Part shown: one piece after another, positions 10,461-20,419 of the stretch
Layout of the letters: each line of letters starts with the position of its first letter
Numbering within the stretch: position 1 is the first letter of the stretch
Source: an uncultured Bacteroidales bacterium
GTDB lineage: Bacteria; Bacillota_I; Bacilli_A; ML615J-28; CAG-698
Assembly (NCBI GenBank): GCA_964407835.1
Contig: CAYOXB010000001.1
Span: 45,174 to 109,173 of the forward strand
Length of the DNA: 64,000 nucleotides
Direction of reading: 5' to 3'
The notes under the pieces: model-generated
What the model was told of the DNA's origin: nothing
The model's input: only the letters and a program-made list of their open reading frames with translations
The model's database searches: none
Translations under genes and position numbers: made by a program

Positions 10461-11481
10461 ATACTATTAGATCAGCTTTTTTATAGATATTATATTTTTT
10501 ATAATAGATAGCTTCTTTAGGTAATCGTTCATTAAGGAACCTACTATAGATTGCCCTGCTTTTAGATTGGAATCTTGCATTTTGGGTATTAGTAGGAACG
10601 TGAAGATAAATTATACCCCGATAATATTCTTCTAAAATATAGTTTGAGCTAAATACACCTTCTATTAATACAGTTGAAGTAACATTATCAATAAGTCCAT
10701 CACTATAAGTTTTATAAGTAGCATCATATTTCTTATACTTTAGAGGATTATCTAAAATAGCAGGATTAATTATTTCTTTTATAAGTCTTAATGAATTAAC
10801 ATTGTTTTCATCGCTAGGTCCATCTAGGAAGTCATCTAAGTGAATTACATTAATATCTTTTTCTCTTTCAAGTAAATTAGATATTGTTGTTTTTCCACTT
10901 GCTGCCTTACCTTCAATTGCAAAGAAATTTACTTTAGTCTTAGGAAAACTTTCTAAGTAATGGCGTATTTGGTAATATTGTAAATCTTCACTTAAAAAAT
11001 CATAGTGGATAATTCTATAAGCAGGAGAATAACTATTTTCGTAAAGCTCGCTATGCTTTAGACCAATAAAATCATTTAGATCTAAATTATCAATATAGTT
11101 GTTTAATTCAGAAGTTTCTATACCTTTTTTAAGAAAGAATATTTTAAGTGTTTTAAGTTCATTCTTAAAACTATCAGTTGGGTTTAGGAATTTTCTTAAA
11201 GTATTAAAATAGTTTTCGTTCAATAAATTCTCATTTAAATTATATTGTTTGAAGATTCTTAAGTTTACTCTTACAAATTCTGGGCTTATGAAATCGTATA
11301 AATCTTCATGAAACTCGTGATTTGTTTTTTTCAACATATCTTCTTTTATTTTAGAAAGACTTTCTGCAGGATTATCTTCAATATAATCTGACCCAAAAGA
11401 AGCTTGATAAATTAATTTTAAATAATCTTCAAGTTCACTTTTTGGATATTTTTTATAATAGTATTCGAGATAGTTTTCCAT
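10459..11481 (-). CDS. Uncharacterized two-domain protein: N-terminal domain of unknown function plus C-terminal P-loop kinase (uridine kinase/PRK-like)
   Basis: Walker A 'AIEGKAASGKTTISNLL' then 'VIHLDDFL' (Udk/CoaE-like). Likely start is 'MENYLEYYY', with RBS AAAGGTGAT upstream. The first 190 aa or so carry no motif I recognise. Confidence 0.4.
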   Translation of the reverse strand: MENYLEYYYKKYPKSELEDYLKLIYQASFGSDYIEDNPAESLSKIKEDMLKKTNHEFHEDLYDFISPEFVRVNLRIFKQYNLNENLLNENYFNTLRKFLNPTDSFKNELKTLKIFFLKKGIETSELNNYIDNLDLNDFIGLKHSELYENSYSPAYRIIHYDFLSEDLQYYQIRHYLESFPKTKVNFFAIEGKAASGKTTISNLLEREKDINVIHLDDFLDGPSDENNVNSLRLIKEIINPAILDNPLKYKKYDATYKTYSDGLIDNVTSTVLIEGVFSSNYILEEYYRGIIYLHVPTNTQNARFQSKSRAIYSRFLNERLPKEAIYYKKYNIYKKADLIV

Positions 11482-11616
11482 ATAATCACCTTTTTTTAAT
11501 TTTATCATACTATATTATAATAAACAAATGAAAAGTTATATATTTCTTTAAACTATTGTTTTAATTGCAATTCAGTCATAAATCTAGTATAATATTTAAG
11601 ATTTAGAGGAGAAGAA

Positions 11617-13050
11617 ATGGCAAAAGATTATAGTAAATATTTTACTCCATCTTTAAAAGATGCGAGAAAAAGATTAAGTAAAGATACTCCAACAATTAAC
11701 TATAACTTACCTGAACATTTAATGGGTTTAGGAAAAGGTAGAACATATATTATAAAAACATATGGATGTCAAGGTAATTTGGCTGACAGTGAAAAGATTG
11801 CAGGAATATTAGAAGCAATGGGATATTCAGCTGTTGATCTAGAAGAACACGCTGATATTATTGTTTTTAATACTTGTGCAATTCGAGAGAATGCTGAAAA
11901 CAGAGTTTTTGGAGAACTTGGAAGAATCAAAGGTTTAAAACAAATAAACCCTGATCTTTTGATGATTGTTAGTGGTTGTATGCCACAAGAAGAAAATGTT
12001 GTTCAAAGAATATTAACGAAATATACGCAAGTTGATATTGTTTTTGGAACACATAATATTCATAAACTTGGAGAATATATCTATAGCGCTTATCTAAGTA
12101 AAGAAAGAGTTGTAGAAGTTTTTTCAAAAGAAGGAGAAATTGTAGAAGGCCTTCCTACAAAAAGAGACCATGATAAAAAAGCATGGGTTAATATAATGTA
12201 TGGTTGCGATGAGTTTTGTACTTATTGTATAGTTCCTTATACAAGAGGAAAAGAAAGATCAAGATCGCCAGAAGATATAATTGAAGAAGTAGAAGAATTA
12301 ATATCAGAAGGCTATCAAGAAGTAACCTTATTGGGCCAAAATGTTAATGCATATGGGAAAGATTTGAATATTGATTACACATTTGCAAATCTGTTAGAAG
12401 ATTTAAGTAAACTGAAAATACCTAGAGTTAGGTTCACTACATCTCATCCAAGGGATTTAGATAATCAAACAATTGAAGTTATGGCAAAAGGTAAAAATAT
12501 AATGCCTCACCTACACCTTCCTGTCCAATCTGGAAGTAATAGTGTTTTAAGGAAAATGAATAGAAAATATACAGTTGAAGAATATTTGAAAAAGATTAAG
12601 AAGCTAAAAGAATTAATTCCAAACATTTCTATAACTACTGATATTATTGTGGGTTTTCCAACTGAAACTGATGAAGATTTTGAAGCTACAATTAAGCTTG
12701 TGGAAGAAGCTGACTTTGAAGGAGCTTATACATTCATTTTTTCAGCTAGAGAAGGAACTCCTGCATATAAATATGAAGATAACTTAACAAAGGAAACCAA
12801 AAAAGCTCGTTTAATTAAACTTAATACTTTAATAAATGAAGGGTATTTAAAAGGTAACAAGAGATTTGTTGGTGAACTTGTAAAAGTTCTAGTTGATGGT
12901 AAAAGCATTAAGAATCCAGACATTTTAACTGGGTATACAGAACACAACAAAGTTGTTAATTTTGAAGGCGATGAAAGCCTGATTGGTAAAATTGTAAATG
13001 TTAAAATAGAAAAAGCATTTACTTGGCATTTAGCAGGAAAATTAGAGTAG
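11617..13050 (+). CDS. miaB: tRNA-i6A37 methylthiotransferase (radical SAM, MiaB family)
   Basis: MTTase N-domain 'YIIKTYGCQGN', radical-SAM 'GCDEFCTYCIVP', C-terminal TRAM domain. Neighbourhood is the same as B. subtilis ymcB near ymdB. Confidence 0.8.
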   Translation: MAKDYSKYFTPSLKDARKRLSKDTPTINYNLPEHLMGLGKGRTYIIKTYGCQGNLADSEKIAGILEAMGYSAVDLEEHADIIVFNTCAIRENAENRVFGELGRIKGLKQINPDLLMIVSGCMPQEENVVQRILTKYTQVDIVFGTHNIHKLGEYIYSAYLSKERVVEVFSKEGEIVEGLPTKRDHDKKAWVNIMYGCDEFCTYCIVPYTRGKERSRSPEDIIEEVEELISEGYQEVTLLGQNVNAYGKDLNIDYTFANLLEDLSKLKIPRVRFTTSHPRDLDNQTIEVMAKGKNIMPHLHLPVQSGSNSVLRKMNRKYTVEEYLKKIKKLKELIPNISITTDIIVGFPTETDEDFEATIKLVEEADFEGAYTFIFSAREGTPAYKYEDNLTKETKKARLIKLNTLINEGYLKGNKRFVGELVKVLVDGKSIKNPDILTGYTEHNKVVNFEGDESLIGKIVNVKIEKAFTWHLAGKLE

Positions 13051-13103
13051 CAAACTATCAGATATAGTTTGCTTTATTTAATACAAATATAATAGGAGGG
13101 CAT

Positions 13104-13889
13104 ATGGAAGCTACTATAATAGTTAAAGATCTTACTAAAACCTTTAAACTATCTAAAAAACAAATGAAAATTGATAAAGCAGATAATAACTTAAAAGTCG
13201 CTGTTAACAATATTTCATTCTCTGCTTACGAAGGAGAGATATTTGGACTGCTTGGTCCAAATGGAGCGGGCAAGACAACTGCACTTAGATGTATTGCAAC
13301 CTTAATCAAACCAGATAAAGGAGATATTGAAGTTGCTAGAATTAAAGATGATGAAGTAGAGATAAAAAAGAAAATAGCATTTCTTACAAATGAATTAAAA
13401 TTAGAAGAACAATTCACTCCTAATTATTTATTTGATTATTTTGCTAGTTTTCACGAATTAGAACCTAAATTCGTTAAAGATAGAAAAAATGAATTGTTTA
13501 AAAGATTTGGTATAGACGAGTTTAAGGAAGTTAAAATTGGAGAATTATCTACTGGGATGAAACAAAAGGTATCTATTGTTATAGCCCTGGTTCACGATCC
13601 AGAGATTATTATTTTTGATGAACCAACTAATGGTCTTGATGTATTAACAGCTAAAGTTGTTACTGATTATTTATTAGAATTAAAAGATAAAGGAAAAACA
13701 ATCATAGTATCTACTCATATAATGTCACTTGTGGAAAAAATATGTGACAGAGTTGGGATTATAATAAATGGGAAGATGGTTTTAAGCGATACAGTAAGCA
13801 ATGTTTTAAGTATGTATCCTAATACTGATATCGAAGGTGTATTTTTTAAATTGTACAGTGAGGAATATGCAAATGAAGAACGTATTTAG
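13104..13889 (+). CDS. ABC transporter ATP-binding protein (NatA-like)
   Basis: Walker A 'GPNGAGKTT', signature 'LSTGMKQK', Walker B 'IIIFDEPT'. Confidence 0.85.
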   Translation: MEATIIVKDLTKTFKLSKKQMKIDKADNNLKVAVNNISFSAYEGEIFGLLGPNGAGKTTALRCIATLIKPDKGDIEVARIKDDEVEIKKKIAFLTNELKLEEQFTPNYLFDYFASFHELEPKFVKDRKNELFKRFGIDEFKEVKIGELSTGMKQKVSIVIALVHDPEIIIFDEPTNGLDVLTAKVVTDYLLELKDKGKTIIVSTHIMSLVEKICDRVGIIINGKMVLSDTVSNVLSMYPNTDIEGVFFKLYSEEYANEERI

Positions 13890-15048
13890 AGTTGCTAAGA
13901 AAGAATTAGACAAGATATTTAGATTTCCAAGAACAATTTTCACAACACTTATTTTACCAGGTTTGATGTTGTTCTTAATTTATGCTTTTATTGGCAATAG
14001 TTTTGGTAAAATGGCTGATGATGCTGAGGCAAAGCAAAGCGTTATTTACCTTCTAAATATGCCAGAGTCATTATCAGACTTAGATTTAGATTTAGAAGAA
14101 TTGAATATTGCAATTGAAGAAACTGATGAAGATAATGAAGAAGAATTAAGTAATTTAATATTAGATGGAAATATTGATGCTGTAATTATTTATGATTCCA
14201 ATTTTGATGCAGATTTAGCAAACAGTATAACGCCAAAAGTTAAAGTCTTATACGCATATACAATGCAGGATTCAACTATTGCTGCAGACAGAATTTATCA
14301 ATTAATTGCAATTCACCAAAATGCTATTTTTATGGCATTTTCTATGGATCAGTATATTATAAATATTACCCCGATGACAGTAGAGACAGAGACTTCTGGT
14401 TCAGCAGCTATTTTATCAATGATTTTACCGATGTTACTTATGACTTTTATTTTTGCAGGTGCCATGGGAATAGGGGCAGATACAATTGCAGGAGAAAAGG
14501 AAAGAGGCACACTTGCTACTTTGTTGATGTTACCAGTAAAAAGAAGAGAAATTATATTTGGTAAAATTATATCAACATTTACAATAACTTTACTAACTGC
14601 TCTATCATCGATGATAGGACTCTTGTTATCCTTACCGTTTTCAAAAGCAATATTTGCGATTGAAGGTAGTGTTTCATATGGGTTTAATGCAATACTTGGT
14701 TTGTTTGTAATATTATTTATTATTGCTTTGTTTGCAGCAACGGTATTATTAATAATATCTACAATTGCTAAAACAATAAAAGAAGCTTCAACAATGGCAA
14801 TGCCAATATATTTAGTTGCGATGATAACACCAACAATTTCGATGTTTTCTTCAAAACCAACTACTGCAAAGGGCTTATATCTTATTCCTCTTTATAATAC
14901 AATTTTAGGATTAAAAGAAATACTAAGTTTGAAATTTGATCTTCTAAACTTTGTATTAATTGTAGGTTCAAATATTGTATATATTGGTTTATTTATAGTA
15001 ATACTTATTAAGCTTTTTAATAGTGAAAGAGTATTGTACTCAAAATAG
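13867..15048 (+). CDS. ABC-2 type permease (NatB-like)
   Basis: Multi-TM protein with a large extracytoplasmic loop. Overlaps the ATPase gene. RBS GAGGAA sits before ATG 13867. Confidence 0.7.
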   Translation: MQMKNVFRVAKKELDKIFRFPRTIFTTLILPGLMLFLIYAFIGNSFGKMADDAEAKQSVIYLLNMPESLSDLDLDLEELNIAIEETDEDNEEELSNLILDGNIDAVIIYDSNFDADLANSITPKVKVLYAYTMQDSTIAADRIYQLIAIHQNAIFMAFSMDQYIINITPMTVETETSGSAAILSMILPMLLMTFIFAGAMGIGADTIAGEKERGTLATLLMLPVKRREIIFGKIISTFTITLLTALSSMIGLLLSLPFSKAIFAIEGSVSYGFNAILGLFVILFIIALFAATVLLIISTIAKTIKEASTMAMPIYLVAMITPTISMFSSKPTTAKGLYLIPLYNTILGLKEILSLKFDLLNFVLIVGSNIVYIGLFIVILIKLFNSERVLYSK

Positions 15049-15067
15049 AATTAACCAATGTATTTAG

Positions 15068-15096
15068 TTGCAATTTTAAAGTAAATAGTATATAAT
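15068..15096 (+). promoter_or_regulatory. Promoter of the FMN riboswitch transcript
   Basis: -35 TTGCAA, a 17-nt spacer, -10 TATAAT. Confidence 0.5.
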
Positions 15097-15107
15097 AATT
15101 ATTGTAA

Positions 15108-15272
15108 ATCTTCAGGGCAGGGTGAGATTCCCGACCGGCGGTAAAGTCCGCGAGCTTGAAAGAGCATGAATTGGTGAAACTCCAATACCGATAGTATAGT
15201 CTAGATGAAAGAAGAGCTATATTTAATATGCTTTTTTTTGCTCGCGAAGTTTTTTCGCGAGTTTTATTTTTT
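15108..15272 (+). promoter_or_regulatory. FMN riboswitch (RFN element) with terminator expression platform
   Basis: Matches the RFN consensus: 'cagggcagggtgagattcccgaccggcggtaaagtccgcgagc...ggtgaaactcc...ccgatagtatagtctagatg'. It is followed by the hairpin 'ctcgcgaagttttttcgcgag' plus TTTTATTTTTT (15241-15271). Confidence 0.85.
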
Positions 15273-15291
15273 AAAAAGAAAGAGGGTTATT

Positions 15292-16185
15292 ATGTTTTTA
15301 AGTAGTTTTTGGCAAGATCATTGGTTAGAAATTAGTGTTTCTACAGTGTTTGTGCTAGCAAGTATTGCTTTACTTGTTGCACTGGTTATTAATATCGGAA
15401 AGCAAGAAACAAGCAAAAAAGTCTATGTAATAGGAAGTTTTATATTTGCACTTGTATTGTTCAGTGTTAACTTCTTTATTTATAAAGATTATAAGAATGC
15501 ATTGAGTCAAGACCCGACTACTGAATTTCCACTTGCAAATGTTTTTGCATATAATGCACTTATAATTATTGCATTTTCTCTAGTTGGTTACTTAGTTATC
15601 TCAAGGAGGAATAAAGAAGAAGAAAAAATGACAGTTGCTAATGTTGCAATGTTAAGTTTATTAGTAGCACTATCAACAGTATTGATGTTGTTTGGAATAC
15701 CAATACTACCTGGATTTACATTTTTAAAAGTTGAAATTAGTGCTTTAATTTATTTCTTAGTTTATTTGTGGTTTGGAATAAAACCAACAACGGTAGTCAT
15801 TTTTCTTACAAATATAATTCATGCTATTATGCCATCATTTGGTGTTCAAATTGTACCTGGACTTGATCAAATGGTAAATGTTATAGCAGTATTTACATTT
15901 TTGTTTCCTTCATTTATTGCATTTAGGAAATTAGAAGAAGGAGAAGTTCCACCGTTTAAATCTGTTTTAGTTTGTACTATAATAGGCGTTGTGTTTACTT
16001 CAGTCTTTATGCTTTTATATAATTACTTTATAAATTTACCACTTATTTATGGTATGAATATGTCATTTGAGGATGTGCTAAAAATATTTGGGTTATTTAA
16101 TATTATAAAATGGAGTACTGTTAGTGCTGCCATAGTATTACTATACAAAAAACTATATGAATTGAAGAATCAATTAGTAAGATAA
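15292..16185 (+). CDS. Membrane protein, putative riboflavin transporter (ECF S-component/RibU-like C-terminal half)
   Basis: RBS AAGAAAGAGGG before ATG 15292. The protein is multi-TM. The ORF-track start at 15205 lies inside the riboswitch and is rejected. Confidence 0.6.
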   Translation: MFLSSFWQDHWLEISVSTVFVLASIALLVALVINIGKQETSKKVYVIGSFIFALVLFSVNFFIYKDYKNALSQDPTTEFPLANVFAYNALIIIAFSLVGYLVISRRNKEEEKMTVANVAMLSLLVALSTVLMLFGIPILPGFTFLKVEISALIYFLVYLWFGIKPTTVVIFLTNIIHAIMPSFGVQIVPGLDQMVNVIAVFTFLFPSFIAFRKLEEGEVPPFKSVLVCTIIGVVFTSVFMLLYNYFINLPLIYGMNMSFEDVLKIFGLFNIIKWSTVSAAIVLLYKKLYELKNQLVR

Positions 16186-16191
16186 TTTAAA

Positions 16192-16224
16192 TAGCATAGG
16201 TTGCATTACTTATGCTATTTTTAA
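16192..16224 (+). terminator. Terminator
   Basis: tagcata/ggttgcattactt/atgcta followed by a T-tract. Confidence 0.55.
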
Positions 16225-16315
16225 TATGTTAATATCATAAAAGAAAACAGTGAAATTTTTCGTAATTTATGTTAAAATAAACATAATGTAAAAGAGTAGA
16301 GAAGGATGTAAACAA

Positions 16316-18937
16316 ATGAGTAAAAAAATAGTATTAATAGATGGAAATTCCTTAATGTTTAGGGCGTACTATGCAACAGCCTATAGAGGTAACTTCATGC
16401 AAACTACTAGTGGTTTATATACGAATGCTGTGTATGGCTTTTATTTAATGATAAATAATATTGTTCATGAAGAAGAATATAGATTTATTGCGTTTGATGC
16501 AGGTAGCCAAACATTTAGACATAAAAGTTATGAAGATTATAAAGGAACTAGAAAACCACTTCCTGATGAATTAAGGGTTCAAATACCTTATGTGAAAAAA
16601 TATCTTGATGTTTTGAACGTGAAAAGATTAGAAAGCGTAGATTATGAAGCTGATGATTTAATTGCTTCTGTTGCTAATAAGTTTTATGATGAGTTTGATG
16701 AAATAGTTATTATTTCAGGTGATAAAGACTTACTACAATTAGTTAATGATAAAGTAAAAGTTTTACTACCACTAAGAGGAACATCTGAATTTGATGAATA
16801 TAATAAAGATAATTTTTATGAGAAGATGCAAATATACCCAAATCAAGTAATTGATTTCAAAGGTTTAGTTGGTGATACTTCAGATAATTTACCAGGTATT
16901 AAAGGTGTGGGTGAAAAGACAGCTATTAAATTACTTAATGAATATCAATCTCTAGAAAATATAATTGCAAATACAGACAATTTACAAGGTAAAATGAAAG
17001 AGAACTTTGTTGAGTTTAAAGATGTAGGTCTTAGAAGTAAAGAACTAGCCACTCTTAAAAATGATGTTAACTTAGAACTTAATAAAGAAGATTTAAAAAA
17101 TGAACAATATAATTATGATGAACTAGTTTCCTTTCTACAAGAATTAGAATTCAATTCTTTTTTAAAGGCTCTCGATAAACCAAAGCCAAGTAAAAATACT
17201 GAATATGATTTAGTTAATAATTTAGATTTTGATTTTTCTGATGTTTTAAAAGAGGAAAGCTTTCTTAACTTTGAAGTAGTGGGCAAGAACTATCTAAATG
17301 CAGAGTTTTTAGGATTTAGTATAGTTACTAAAAATGGAAAATATTTTGTTACAAGTGAAGTATTAGAAAATAACGCTAGTTTACATGAATATTTAAAAAA
17401 TCCTAATTATAAAAAAATTGTCTTTGATTATAAGCTTATACTAGCAATCTTAAGCCGTTACAATCTTAATATAAAAGGAGTTGTTTTTGATTTAATTATT
17501 TATGCTTATTTAGTTAATCCTAGTTATGGTGTTGGCGACTTCAAACAAGTAATAACTAATTTTGTTACGAATCTAGTAGACTATTACGATAATGTCTATG
17601 GCGCTAAGAGTAAGTTAAAAGCACCGGAGCTTGATGTTTATGCAAAACACTCAGTTGAAAAAGGAGTATTACTTTTAGAAAACTGGGAAGATATAAAAAA
17701 ACAAGTTGAACAACTTGAAATGAGTTATCTTGCTGATGTTGAAATGTCTTTAGCTGAAATGTTAGCAGTCCTTGAAAATGAAGGGCTTAAAATTGATGTT
17801 AAACGTTTAGAAGATATTGGGATTGACTTAAGTGAAAGAATAAAATTAATTGAAAATGAGATACATTATTTAGCAAATGAAGAATTTAATATAAACTCTC
17901 CAAAGCAACTTGGAGATATATTGTTTGAAAAACTTGGACTGCCTCATGGCAAAAAGAACAAAACAGGTTATTCTACAAACGTTGATGTTTTAGAAAAACT
18001 TGCTGATGATTTTGCAATCGCTAGAAAAGTATTAGAATATCGTGGTTTAAATAAATTAATAACTACTTATGTTAATGGTATTAGAGAGCTTGTAGATGAG
18101 GAAGGTTATATTCATCCTCTCTATAGACAAACTGAAACGCAAACAGGTAGGCTTTCATCAATGGAACCTAATATTCAAAATATGCCTGTTAGGACAGAAG
18201 AAGGACAAGTAATAAGAGAAATATTTATTTCTAGATTTAAAGATGGTAAGATTTTAGCAGCTGACTACTCGCAAATTGAACTTAGGGTTTTAGCGCACCT
18301 ATCAAATGATCCAGAAATGGTCTTGGCTTTTAATGAGTCAATAGATTTTCACTCACAAACAGCATCAAGACTATATGATGTTGATATTAAGTCTGTTTCT
18401 CAAGAGATGAGAAGAATGGCTAAAGCTATTAATTTTGGAATTATCTATGGTATGAGTGCTTGGGGGCTTAGTGAAACAATTAATGTTAGTCCACTGGAGG
18501 CTAATATTTATATTAATAAATATTTTGATACATATAAAAAAACAAAAGTATTTTTAGATTCGCTAATAGAACAAGCAAAAGCAAATGGATATACGAAGAC
18601 TATATTAAATAGAAGAAGATATATCCCTGAAATTCAAAACAAAAACCAAGCTATTCGCTCATTTGGAGAAAGAACAGCAATGAATGCTCCTATACAAGGA
18701 AGTGCTGCTGATATAATTAAAGTAGCAATGGTTAATTTAAAAAAGAGAATGGAAGCTGAAGGTGTTAAATCTTTAATGATTGCTCAAATCCATGATGAAT
18801 TGTTATTTGATTGTTTAGAAGAAGAAGTAGAATTAATGAAGAAGATTGTAAAAGAAGAAATGGAGAAAGCTTACAAGCTAAGAGTAAATTTAGTTGTTGG
18901 TTTATCTGTAGGGAATAATTGGGCTGAAGCTAAATAA
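16316..18937 (+). CDS. polA: DNA polymerase I
   Basis: 5'-3' exonuclease N-domain; polymerase motifs 'DYSQIELRVLAHLS', 'RRMAKAINFGIIYG' and 'QIHDELLFD'. Confidence 0.95.
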   Translation: MSKKIVLIDGNSLMFRAYYATAYRGNFMQTTSGLYTNAVYGFYLMINNIVHEEEYRFIAFDAGSQTFRHKSYEDYKGTRKPLPDELRVQIPYVKKYLDVLNVKRLESVDYEADDLIASVANKFYDEFDEIVIISGDKDLLQLVNDKVKVLLPLRGTSEFDEYNKDNFYEKMQIYPNQVIDFKGLVGDTSDNLPGIKGVGEKTAIKLLNEYQSLENIIANTDNLQGKMKENFVEFKDVGLRSKELATLKNDVNLELNKEDLKNEQYNYDELVSFLQELEFNSFLKALDKPKPSKNTEYDLVNNLDFDFSDVLKEESFLNFEVVGKNYLNAEFLGFSIVTKNGKYFVTSEVLENNASLHEYLKNPNYKKIVFDYKLILAILSRYNLNIKGVVFDLIIYAYLVNPSYGVGDFKQVITNFVTNLVDYYDNVYGAKSKLKAPELDVYAKHSVEKGVLLLENWEDIKKQVEQLEMSYLADVEMSLAEMLAVLENEGLKIDVKRLEDIGIDLSERIKLIENEIHYLANEEFNINSPKQLGDILFEKLGLPHGKKNKTGYSTNVDVLEKLADDFAIARKVLEYRGLNKLITTYVNGIRELVDEEGYIHPLYRQTETQTGRLSSMEPNIQNMPVRTEEGQVIREIFISRFKDGKILAADYSQIELRVLAHLSNDPEMVLAFNESIDFHSQTASRLYDVDIKSVSQEMRRMAKAINFGIIYGMSAWGLSETINVSPLEANIYINKYFDTYKKTKVFLDSLIEQAKANGYTKTILNRRRYIPEIQNKNQAIRSFGERTAMNAPIQGSAADIIKVAMVNLKKRMEAEGVKSLMIAQIHDELLFDCLEEEVELMKKIVKEEMEKAYKLRVNLVVGLSVGNNWAEAK

Positions 18938-18956
18938 ATAAAAAGGTGTGATAAAG

Positions 18957-19784
18957 ATGCCAGAATTACCAGAAGTTGAAACAGTTAAGAATACGTTAAT
19001 TAAAAATGTATTGCATAAAGAAATTAAAGATGTGAAAGTATTTGTTCCTAAGATTGTTAGAAACATGAGTCCAGCGGAATTTAAGAGTAGTTTAATTGGT
19101 CAAAGAATTAAAGATATTAAAAGAAGGGGCAAATATTTAATTTTTATTCTAGATGGTTATATTTTAGTAAGTCATTTAAGAATGGAAGGTAAATATAATT
19201 TAATGACTAGTGAAGATATTACAAAGCATGAACATATAATTTTTGAGTTCACTGATGGATATAGTTTAAGGTATGATGATGTAAGAAAGTTTGGAACAAT
19301 GGATTTAGTTCCTAAGATGAGTCTTAAAGAATTGTATAAACTTCCTATCTTTGCAAGGGTTGCAGAAGATATTTTTGATCCTGACTTTGATTTTGAAACA
19401 TTTTATAAAAAATTAACTAAATCTAATCGAGCAATTAAGACATCACTACTCGATCAAAGTATTATAAGTGGGATTGGTAATATATATGTTGATGAAATAT
19501 TGTTTAGAACAAGACTTCATCCACTAAAACCATCTAATACTATTACTATGGAAGTAGGAAAAGAGATAGCTAAAAACACTAAGATTGTTCTTGAAAGAGC
19601 AATTGAACTAGGTGGGTCTACAATTAAGACATTTACATCTAGCCATAGTATTAGTGGTAGGTTTCAAAATGAATTACTTATTCACACAAAGGACTATTGC
19701 CCAGTTTGCAAAGCAAAAGTTACTAAAATTAAAGTGGGTGGAAGAACATCCTATGTTTGCTTGAATTGTCAAAAAATTGATTGA
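18957..19784 (+). CDS. mutM: Formamidopyrimidine-DNA glycosylase
   Basis: N-terminal 'MPELPEVE', H2TH, and the C-terminal zinc finger 'CPVCKAKV...CLNCQ'. Confidence 0.93.
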   Translation: MPELPEVETVKNTLIKNVLHKEIKDVKVFVPKIVRNMSPAEFKSSLIGQRIKDIKRRGKYLIFILDGYILVSHLRMEGKYNLMTSEDITKHEHIIFEFTDGYSLRYDDVRKFGTMDLVPKMSLKELYKLPIFARVAEDIFDPDFDFETFYKKLTKSNRAIKTSLLDQSIISGIGNIYVDEILFRTRLHPLKPSNTITMEVGKEIAKNTKIVLERAIELGGSTIKTFTSSHSISGRFQNELLIHTKDYCPVCKAKVTKIKVGGRTSYVCLNCQKID

Positions 19785-19828
19785 CAAAGGCTGTAAAACA
19801 TAATAAACTAAAGTACAGAGGTAAAATT

Positions 19829-20419
19829 ATGGTTATTGGAGTTACAGGTTCAATAGCTACTGGTAAATCTACAGTAACAAAATACTTGTTAGAGCTAGGA
19901 TATCCAGTTATTGATTCTGATAAAATTGTACATAATTTATTAATGAATAATGAAATTATTCAAGAAATAGAAAAAGAGTTTGGAAAAGATTATATTATTG
20001 ATGGTGTTGTTGTCAGAAGTGAACTTGCAAAACTTATTTTTAACGATGAGGAAGCTAGACAAAAGTTAAATAGTATTGTCCATCCTAAAGTTATTAATAA
20101 AATTAATGAACAAATAAAAAACTATAGTGTTAGAGGCTCAAATTTAATTTTTGTAGATATACCTCTTTTATATGAAGAAGGTTTAGAATATTTAGTTGAT
20201 AGAGTTATTGTTGTCCGTGTTAGCGAAGAAATTCAATTAACAAGATTAATGAAAAGAGATAATATCAATAAAGCTTTCGCAATGAAAAAGATAGCTGCTA
20301 CTATATCAATTGAAGAAAAGCTAGACTTAGCTGATTATGTAATCGATAATAGCCAGGACATCACAAATACAAAAAGAGAAGTTGATGTTTTACTAAGGAG
20401 GTTATTAAATGAAATTTAA
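19829..20419 (+). CDS. coaE: Dephospho-CoA kinase
   Basis: 'MVIGVTGSIATGKST' Walker A. Follows mutM as in Bacillus. RBS AGAGG. Confidence 0.88.
   Translation: MVIGVTGSIATGKSTVTKYLLELGYPVIDSDKIVHNLLMNNEIIQEIEKEFGKDYIIDGVVVRSELAKLIFNDEEARQKLNSIVHPKVINKINEQIKNYSVRGSNLIFVDIPLLYEEGLEYLVDRVIVVRVSEEIQLTRLMKRDNINKAFAMKKIAATISIEEKLDLADYVIDNSQDITNTKREVDVLLRRLLNEI

Noticed and set aside
15205-15291. ORF-track start codon at 15205 for the riboflavin transporter gene
   Set aside because: This segment contains the 3' part of the FMN aptamer and the terminator hairpin. A proper RBS-ATG exists at 15292.
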